A stretch of 10,145 nucleotides of DNA from Candidatus Methylomirabilia bacterium (lineage in GTDB: Bacteria > Methylomirabilota > Methylomirabilia > Rokubacteriales > CSP1-6): the NCBI GenBank assembly GCA_041497895.1, contig JBGQHJ010000164.1:1-10145 (forward strand). The letters run 5' to 3'. A program made the translations under genes and the position numbers. The notes below the pieces were generated by a model. The model was not told the origin of the DNA. It saw only the letters and a list, made by a program, of their open reading frames with translations, and did no database searches. Shown here one piece after another: positions 1 to 6,207 of the stretch; within the stretch, counting starts at the first letter, position 1, and every line of letters begins with the position of its first letter.

Positions 1-645
1 CTCCTGAAGGGGACCGCGGTGGCCGCGCGCGGGCTGCAGGCGCCGTGCTGCCCGTCCTACGATCCGAACTTCAAGGACTATCCCTACGACCCCGCGCAGG
101 CCAAGAAGCTGCTCGCGGAGGCCGGCTTCCCGAACGGCTTCGAAACGGTGTGGCAGACCTCCGTCGACGGCAGCGGTCAGCTCATCCCGGTGCCGATGGC
201 GGAGTGGATCCAGCGTGACCTCGCTAAGATCGGGATCCGGATGAAGCTCCGCACCTATGAGTGGATCACCTACATCGGCTACTGGATCAAGGGCATGGAC
301 GACGCCTCCAACAAGGTCGGCAGCCAGCAGATGAGCTGGGGGATGACGAGCGACTACTGGCTCGACATCGTCACCAACTCCTCGCACATCGCCCCCGCGG
401 GCGGGGCGGGCCAGAACGGGGGTTACTACAGCGGCGCCGACGCGATGCTGAATCAGGCGCGCGGCGAGATGGACGAGGGGAAGCGAGCCGCCCTCTACCG
501 AAAGATCACCCAGAAGATCAAGGAAGACGCGCCGGCCGTGCCGATCATCAACGATCTCGCGCCGCTGATGCTGAGCCCCAAGGTGAAGGGCTTCGTCCAC
601 GCGCCGGAGGAGTGGTACGACATGACCACGGTCTGGCTCGCGTGA
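1..645 (+). CDS. ABC transporter substrate-binding protein, family 5 (DppA/OppA/NikA-like), C-terminal part; 5' end outside window
   Basis: Frame 1 is open from base 1 (LLKGTAVAARGLQAPCCP...) to TGA at 643-645. It carries the family-5 motif YPYDPAQAKKLLAEAGFPNGF, plus AEWIQRDLAKIGI, a C-terminal RAALYRKITQKIKEDAPAVP and a terminal VW. It lies directly upstream of Dpp-type permeases. Confidence 0.93.
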   Translation, partial: LLKGTAVAARGLQAPCCPSYDPNFKDYPYDPAQAKKLLAEAGFPNGFETVWQTSVDGSGQLIPVPMAEWIQRDLAKIGIRMKLRTYEWITYIGYWIKGMDDASNKVGSQQMSWGMTSDYWLDIVTNSSHIAPAGGAGQNGGYYSGADAMLNQARGEMDEGKRAALYRKITQKIKEDAPAVPIINDLAPLMLSPKVKGFVHAPEEWYDMTTVWLA

Positions 646-652
646 GTGCCCT

Positions 653-688
653 GGTCGGCCCGGGAGGCGCAGGCCTCCCGGGCTGACC
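653..688 (+). promoter_or_regulatory. Intergenic stem-loop (16-bp stem, GCAG loop) between SBP and first permease; probable mRNA-stabilising or attenuating hairpin
   Basis: GGTCGGCCCGGGAGGC (653-668), loop GCAG (669-672), GCCTCCCGGGCTGACC (673-688): 15 Watson-Crick pairs plus one G-U. No U-tract follows. Confidence 0.75.
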
Positions 689-695
689 TCTCGCC

Positions 696-1649
696 ATGCT
701 CAAATTCCTCGTCTACCGCGTCGCGACGATCGTGCCCGTGCTGCTCGGGGTGTCGATCGTGGTGTTCCTGATGATGAAGCTGATCCCGGGCGACCCCGCG
801 GAGGCGATCCTCGGCCCCGCCGCCACCACCGAGAAGATCGAGATGGTGCGGAAGTCGCTCGGCCTCGACCGGCCGTTCTACGTGCAGTACGTGCGCTGGC
901 TGTGGAAGGTGGTCCAGGGCGACTTCGGCACCTCCATCGCGGTCAACGTGCCCGTCGCGCAGCTCGTCTGGCCCAAGTTCTGGAACACGGTGCTGCTCAC
1001 CGCGGGCAGCCTGGTGATCTGCATCGTGGTCGGCCTCGGGGTGGGCATCGTGTCCGGCACCCGCCAGTACTCGTGGTTCGACCGCATCAGCATGTCCTTG
1101 ACCCTGGTCGTGGCCAACACCCCCGCGTTCTGGCTGGGCCTCATCCTCATGGTGGTGCTCGCCCTCTACCTCGGCTGGTTCCCCGCCACCGGGATGTACT
1201 CGATGCGGGCCTCGGAGAAGACCTTCGGCGACCTGATCCATCACATGGTGCTGCCCGCGATCACCACCGCCTCGGTGTCGGCCGCGATCATCGCGCGGCT
1301 CGTCCGCTCGTCGTTTTTGGACGTGATCCGCAAACACTACATCACCGCGCTGCGGGCCAAGGGGCTGTCCGAGCGCGACATCATCCTGCGCCACGGGATG
1401 AAGAACGCGCTGCCGCCGATCATCAACATCGTGGGTCTCCAGGTCGGCTACCTGATGGGTGGGGCGCTGTTCACCGAGGTCGTCTTCTCCTGGCCGGGGA
1501 TCGGGCTGCAGATCTACAGCTCGATCGTGGCCCGTGACCTGCCGGTGGTCCAGGCCGCGGTCCTGGTGACCACCTTCGTGTTCGTGCTGGTCAATCTCGG
1601 GACCGACGTCGTCGTCGCGGCCCTCGATCCCCGAATCCGGCGGGCCTGA
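696..1649 (+). CDS. dppB: ABC transporter permease, DppB/OppB family
   Basis: N-terminal MLKFLVYRVATIVPVLLGVSIVVFLMMKLIPGDPA...LGLDRPFYVQY...GDFGTS, multiple TM helices, EAA-type loop (YITALRAKGLSERDIILRHGMKNAL), TEVVFSWPGIG, RDLPVVQ and C-terminal LDPRIR. Confidence 0.95.
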   Translation: MLKFLVYRVATIVPVLLGVSIVVFLMMKLIPGDPAEAILGPAATTEKIEMVRKSLGLDRPFYVQYVRWLWKVVQGDFGTSIAVNVPVAQLVWPKFWNTVLLTAGSLVICIVVGLGVGIVSGTRQYSWFDRISMSLTLVVANTPAFWLGLILMVVLALYLGWFPATGMYSMRASEKTFGDLIHHMVLPAITTASVSAAIIARLVRSSFLDVIRKHYITALRAKGLSERDIILRHGMKNALPPIINIVGLQVGYLMGGALFTEVVFSWPGIGLQIYSSIVARDLPVVQAAVLVTTFVFVLVNLGTDVVVAALDPRIRRA

Positions 1650-1660
1650 GGAGGCGCGCG

Positions 1661-2593
1661 ATGAGCGTGGTGAACCTGCCCTTGAAGGGAGAACCGGTCG
1701 ATGGGCGGGCGCTGCCCCTCGACGCCGCGGAGGCCGAGATGTTCCGCCGGCCCTCGGAGTGGCGGATCTTCTGGGAGGCCTTCAGCCGGGACCGCCTGGC
1801 GGTGGGCGCGGCGGCGCTGATCGGTCTCGTGTGTCTGGTCTCCCTGCTGGCCCCGGTGCTGAGCCCCTACGACCCGACGGTGGGCGACAACGCCCTGCGC
1901 CTGGCACCCGTCGGCACGCCCGGGCACCTGCTGGGCCTGGACGGGCAGGGGCGCGACATCCTGAGCCGGCTCGTGTGGGGCGGCCAGGTCTCCATCATCA
2001 TCGCGCTGCTGCCGGTGACGGTGGCCAGCCTGATCAGCGTGCTGCTGGGCCTGGTGGCGGGCTTCTTCGGGGGCAAGGTCGACATGGTGATCATGCGGGC
2101 CCTCGACGTGTTCTTCGCCTTCCCGGCGGTGCTCCTGGCGGTGGCGATCGCGGGGGTGCTGGGCCCCGGCATGCTCAACGTGATGCTCTCGCTCACCATC
2201 GTGCTGATCCCGTACATCTCGCGGGTCGCCTACATGGCCACCGTCACCGTGAAGAGCGAGCTGTTCGTGGACCAGGCGCGGGTGTCGGGGGCGCGGCCGA
2301 GCCAGATCCTCTTCCACCACATCCTGCCCAACACCCTGTCCCCGGTGATCGTCTACGGCAGCACCCTGGTGGGCATCTTGATCGTGCTCGGGGCCGGGCT
2401 CTCCTTCCTCGGGCTCGGCATCACCCCGCCCCGACCGGACTGGGGCATCATGTGCTCGGACGGCCGCAATTTCCTCTTGGTCGCGCCCCACGTCTCGGCG
2501 GTACCCGGGATCATGCTGATCCTGGTCGCCATGTCCTTCAACATCGTCGGGGACGGTCTGCGGGACGCGCTCGACCCGAAGCTCCGCAAGTGA
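1661..2593 (+). CDS. dppC: ABC transporter permease, DppC/OppC family
   Basis: SD GAGGAGG at 1648-1654. Motifs HLLGLDGQGRDILSRLVWG, EAA-type loop (FVDQARVSGA...HILPN), LSFLGLG..PP.PDWG.M, FNIVGDGLRDALDPK. Confidence 0.95.
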   Translation: MSVVNLPLKGEPVDGRALPLDAAEAEMFRRPSEWRIFWEAFSRDRLAVGAAALIGLVCLVSLLAPVLSPYDPTVGDNALRLAPVGTPGHLLGLDGQGRDILSRLVWGGQVSIIIALLPVTVASLISVLLGLVAGFFGGKVDMVIMRALDVFFAFPAVLLAVAIAGVLGPGMLNVMLSLTIVLIPYISRVAYMATVTVKSELFVDQARVSGARPSQILFHHILPNTLSPVIVYGSTLVGILIVLGAGLSFLGLGITPPRPDWGIMCSDGRNFLLVAPHVSAVPGIMLILVAMSFNIVGDGLRDALDPKLRK

Positions 2594-3570
2594 GCCCCGC
2601 AGTGAGCGACACGCTCCTCGAGGTCGACGACCTTCACACCCACTTCCACCTCAAGAACAAGACGGTGCGGGCGGTGAACGGGGTATCGTTCGCGATCAAG
2701 CGCGGAGAGATCGTGGGGATCGCGGGCGAGTCGGGGGCGGGCAAGAGCGTGGCTTGTCTCTCCATCCTGCGACTCGTCCCGAGCCCCGGGCGGATCGAGC
2801 GCGGCCGGATCCTCTTCTCCGGCGAGGACCTGCTCACCAAGAGCGACCGGCAGATGCGGGACCTGCGGGGCCAGACCGTCTCGATGGTGTTCGAGGATCC
2901 GCTGAACTCCCTGGATCCGGCCTACACCGTCGGCAGCTTGATCGGGGAGGCCCTGACCCTTCACAAGGGCCTGTCCAGGCGCGAGGCCCGGACCAAGGCG
3001 GGGGAGCTGCTGCGGCTGGTGGGCATTCCGGACCCGGAGCGGCGGCTCGACAACTACGCCCACGAGCTATCGGGCGGCATGCAGCAGCGGGTGATGATCG
3101 CGATCGCGCTCTCCTGCGACCCGGCCCTGCTGATCGCGGACAACCCGACCACCGCGCTCGACGTGACCATCCAGATCCAGATCCTGGACCTGGTGAAGCA
3201 GCTCCGCGACCGGCTCGGCATGGGTGTGCTGTGGATCACCCACGATCTCGGCGTGGTGGCCAAGCTCTGCGACCGGGTGGTGATCATGTACGCGGGCGAG
3301 GTCATGGAGCAGGGGCCGGTGTACGGAGTGCTGAAGCACCCGCGGCATCCCTACACGCGCCGGCTCATCGACGCGCTGCCCAAGCTCGGGCGTCCCGACC
3401 AGCGGCTCATGCCGATCGAGGGGCGCCCGCCCGATCCCGCGAACCTGCCCGCCGGGTGTCCCTTCGCGCCGCGCTGCCACCGGGCTCACCCGGAGTGCGA
3501 GGCGGGCGACGTGCCGCTCGTCGAGAGCGGCGACGGGCGCGCCGTTCGCTGTCTGTTCCCGGAGGAGTGA
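2590..3570 (+). CDS. dppD: ABC transporter ATP-binding protein, DppD/OppD family, with non-canonical Q-loop and Walker B
   Basis: The true gene is the C-terminal part of the 1759..3570 ORF. The start is probably GTG 2590, a GTGA overlap with the dppC stop, or GTG 2602. Motifs LLEVDDL, Walker A GESGAGKS, signature LSGGMQQR, H-loop [15 protein letters not shown] and a C-terminal 4-Cys domain. Q-loop reads MVFEDP and Walker B reads [12 protein letters not shown]. Confidence 0.92.
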   Translation: MSPAVSDTLLEVDDLHTHFHLKNKTVRAVNGVSFAIKRGEIVGIAGESGAGKSVACLSILRLVPSPGRIERGRILFSGEDLLTKSDRQMRDLRGQTVSMVFEDPLNSLDPAYTVGSLIGEALTLHKGLSRREARTKAGELLRLVGIPDPERRLDNYAHELSGGMQQRVMIAIALSCDPALLIADNPTTALDVTIQIQILDLVKQLRDRLGMGVLWITHDLGVVAKLCDRVVIMYAGEVMEQGPVYGVLKHPRHPYTRRLIDALPKLGRPDQRLMPIEGRPPDPANLPAGCPFAPRCHRAHPECEAGDVPLVESGDGRAVRCLFPEE

Positions 3571-3571
3571 G

Positions 3572-4648
3572 ATGACGATCGCCGCGCCGCCCGAGGCGCC
3601 CCTGCTGCTGGAGGTGCCCAAGCTGCTGGAGGTGAGAGACCTGGTGAAGCACTTCCCGGTGCGCCGCGGGCTCTGGGCGAGCGGCCCGCCTGCGGCGGTG
3701 CGCGCGGTGGACGGCATCAGCTTCGACATCCGGCGCGGCGAGACGGTCGGGCTGGTGGGCGAGTCCGGCTGCGGCAAGACCACCACCGGGCGGATGATCA
3801 TGAAGCTGATCGCGCCGACCTCGGGGGACATCCGCTTCGAGGGGAAGTCGATCGGGGGCATCCCGTTCGAGGAGGAGCGGGCCTACCGCCGCCACGTGCA
3901 GATGGTCTTCCAGGATCCGTACTCATCACTGAACCCCCGGATGACGGTGGGCTCGATCATCGGCTATCCGATGCGGATCCAGAACGTGTACCCCGGGCCC
4001 GCCCGCGACGCGCGCATCCGCGAGCTGCTGGAGCTGGTCGGCCTCTCCCGCTACCAGGCGAGCTGGTACCCGCACGAGTTCAGCGGCGGCGAGCGCCAGC
4101 GGGTGGGCATCGCGGCGGCGCTGGCGCTCAATCCCAAGTTCGTGTTCTGCGACGAGCCGGTCTCCTCGCTCGACGTCTCGGCTCAGGCGCAGATTCTCAA
4201 CCTCTTGAAGGACATCCGGAGCGAGTTCAACCTGACCATCCTCATCGTCACCCACAACCTGAGCGTGGTCGAGTACCTGAGCGACCGCGTGGTGGTGATG
4301 TATCTCGGCAAGATCGTCGAGGTCGCCAGCACCGCCGATCTCTACCGCGAGACGCTGCACCCGTACAGCAAGGCGCTGGTGTCGGCGATCCCCACCCCGG
4401 ATCCCGACGTGGAGCGCGAGCGGGAGCAGATCATCCTGCGGGGAGAGATTCCGAGCCCGCTCAATCCGCCGACCGGGTGCCGCTTCCACACCCGATGCCA
4501 GTCCTACATCGGCGACGTCTGCCGAGACGCGGAGCCGGAGCTGCGCGAGGTGCGCCCCGGCCACTTCACCGCCTGCCACCTCTACTCCGGGCTCACCGCC
4601 GCGCCGGCCGCGCCCGGAGTCACCCGCGCCGCCGGCCAGCTCGTGTAG
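3572..4648 (+). CDS. dppF: ABC transporter ATP-binding protein, DppF/OppF family
   Basis: SD GGAGGAG at 3561-3567. Motifs LLEVRDLVKHF, VRAVDGISF, Walker A GESGCGKTT, Q-loop MVFQDPYSSLNPR, signature FSGGERQR, Walker B FVFCDEPVSSLDVS, H-loop VTHNL, HPY and GCRFHTRC. Confidence 0.95.
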   Translation: MTIAAPPEAPLLLEVPKLLEVRDLVKHFPVRRGLWASGPPAAVRAVDGISFDIRRGETVGLVGESGCGKTTTGRMIMKLIAPTSGDIRFEGKSIGGIPFEEERAYRRHVQMVFQDPYSSLNPRMTVGSIIGYPMRIQNVYPGPARDARIRELLELVGLSRYQASWYPHEFSGGERQRVGIAAALALNPKFVFCDEPVSSLDVSAQAQILNLLKDIRSEFNLTILIVTHNLSVVEYLSDRVVVMYLGKIVEVASTADLYRETLHPYSKALVSAIPTPDPDVEREREQIILRGEIPSPLNPPTGCRFHTRCQSYIGDVCRDAEPELREVRPGHFTACHLYSGLTAAPAAPGVTRAAGQLV

Positions 4649-4664
4649 CGCCAAGGAGGACACC

Positions 4665-6179
4665 ATGCCCGTCTCGTTGCCCACTCCGGACCAGCTCAAG
4701 CGGATCGCCGAGAAGATGAACCTTTCCCTGACCGACGCGGACGTGGCGTCGTTCCTGGCCCTGATGAAGCCGAGCATCGACGGCTACAACGTCGTCGACC
4801 AGCTCCCCGACAACCTGCCGCCCGTGAAGTATCCACGCACGCCGGGATACCGGCCCCAGCCGGAGGACAACCCCCACAACGCCTGGTATTACAAGTCGCG
4901 GATCGAGGGCGCGGCGCAGGGCAAGCTCAAGGGCAAGCGGCTCGTGATCAAGGACAACGTGATGGTGGCGGGGGTGCCGATGATGAACGGCGCCTCCACG
5001 CTCGAGGGTTACACCCCGGAGGTAGACGCCACCGTGGTGGCGCGCATCCTGGACGCGGGCGGCACCATCCTCGGCAAGGCCCACTGCGAGTACTACTGCC
5101 TCTCCGGGGGCAGCCACACGAACGCGACGGGGCCGGTGCACAACCCGCACAAGAGGGGCTACTCGGCCGGCGGGTCGTCGTCGGGCTGCGCGGTGCTGGT
5201 GTCGGTGGGGGAGGCCGACATGGCGATCGGGGGCGATCAGGGCGGCTCGATCCGCATGCCCGCCTCCTTCTGCGGCATCTACGGTATGAAGGCGACCCAC
5301 GGTCTCGTGCCCTACACCGGCATCATGCCGATCGAGATCTACGTGGACCACACCGGACCGATGACCGCCACCGTGAAGGACAACGCGCTGCTGCTCGAGG
5401 TCATCGCGGGGCCGGACGGTTACGACCCCCGGCAGTTCCAGCCGAAGGTGCATCCGTACACCGAGCTCCTGGGCGGCGGGGCGGGGGGCCTCAAGATCGG
5501 CGTGGTGAAGGAGGGCTTCGGTCTCCCGCAGTCCGAGGCGGTGGTGGACGCCAAGGTGCGGCAGGCCGCGGATCTGTTCAAGCGCCTCGGCGCGAAGGTC
5601 ACCGACGTCTCGATCCCGGCGCATCTGCTCGCCGGCGCGCTCTGGCTGCCGATCGGCGTCGAGGGGCTCACCCAGACCATGATGTGGGGCGACGGGTACG
5701 GGCTCAGCCGGCAGGATCTCTACGTGACCAGCCTGATGGACGTCCAGCGCCGCTGGAGGCAGCGGGCCGACGAGCTGTCCGAGACCACCAAGCTCTTCAC
5801 GATGCTCGGCACCTACATCCACGAGCACCACGGCTCTCGCTACTACGGCAAGGCCATGAACATCACCCGGCGCCTCACCGCGGCGTACGACGCGGCCCTG
5901 GCCGACTGCGACCTCCTGCTGATGCCGACCACGCCGATGAAGGCGCAGCCGATGCCGGCCCCGGGGGCGCCGCGCGAGGAGATCGTGGGGCGGGCGCTCG
6001 ACATGATCACCAACACCGCCCCCTTCGACATCACCCACCACCCCGCGATGGCCATCCCCTGCGGCATGGCCGACGGGCTGCCGGTGAGCGTGATGCTGGT
6101 GGGCAAGCACTGGGACGAGCCGACCATCTATCGCGCCGCGCACGCCTTCGAGCAGGCCGGCGACTGGAAGGCGATGTAG
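4665..6179 (+). CDS. Amidase, amidase-signature (AS) family, CX3C subgroup (similar to nitrile-hydratase-associated amidases)
   Basis: SD AAGGAGGA at 4653-4660. Catalytic Lys motif VIKDN, signature GGSSSG, nucleophile motif GGDQGGSIRMPASFCG, CEYYC (CX3C) and C-terminal NTAPFDITHHPAMAIPCG...GLPV. Confidence 0.95.
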   Translation: MPVSLPTPDQLKRIAEKMNLSLTDADVASFLALMKPSIDGYNVVDQLPDNLPPVKYPRTPGYRPQPEDNPHNAWYYKSRIEGAAQGKLKGKRLVIKDNVMVAGVPMMNGASTLEGYTPEVDATVVARILDAGGTILGKAHCEYYCLSGGSHTNATGPVHNPHKRGYSAGGSSSGCAVLVSVGEADMAIGGDQGGSIRMPASFCGIYGMKATHGLVPYTGIMPIEIYVDHTGPMTATVKDNALLLEVIAGPDGYDPRQFQPKVHPYTELLGGGAGGLKIGVVKEGFGLPQSEAVVDAKVRQAADLFKRLGAKVTDVSIPAHLLAGALWLPIGVEGLTQTMMWGDGYGLSRQDLYVTSLMDVQRRWRQRADELSETTKLFTMLGTYIHEHHGSRYYGKAMNITRRLTAAYDAALADCDLLLMPTTPMKAQPMPAPGAPREEIVGRALDMITNTAPFDITHHPAMAIPCGMADGLPVSVMLVGKHWDEPTIYRAAHAFEQAGDWKAM

Positions 6180-6207
6180 TCGCGCGCCCAGGGGCCAGCG
6201 GCGGAGT

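Noticed and set aside
653..688. Hairpin as a classical Rho-independent terminator, or as a CRISPR/REP array unit
   Set aside because: There is no U-tract on either side and only one copy in the window. It is kept as a stabilising or attenuating hairpin.
1759..2589. 603-aa ORF 1759..3570 suggesting an N-terminally extended or fused ATPase
   Set aside because: The first ~277 aa are a G/R/P/A-rich off-frame shadow of dppC. ATPase homology begins only at GTG 2590/2602, at the dppC stop.
2590..3570. dppD as a pseudogene because of the missing catalytic Glu
   Set aside because: Full-length ORF, coupled to its neighbours, with Walker A, signature, H-loop, HPY and all four Cys intact.
4620..6143. 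507-aa antisense ORF over the amidase, and similar long antisense or off-frame ORFs (495-1394, 1514-2491, 3067-3861, 3926-4777, 6505-7467, 7481-8638, 8467-9450, 9414-10133)
   Set aside because: These are expected shadows of high-GC3 genes: biased composition, no recognisable motifs, and near-complete overlap with well-supported genes.
4665..6179. Amidase as GatA (Glu-tRNA amidotransferase subunit A)
   Set aside because: No gatC/gatB neighbours. It has GGDQGGSIR rather than the GatA GSDTGGSIRQPA, and its N-terminus and CX3C motif fit the catabolic amidases.
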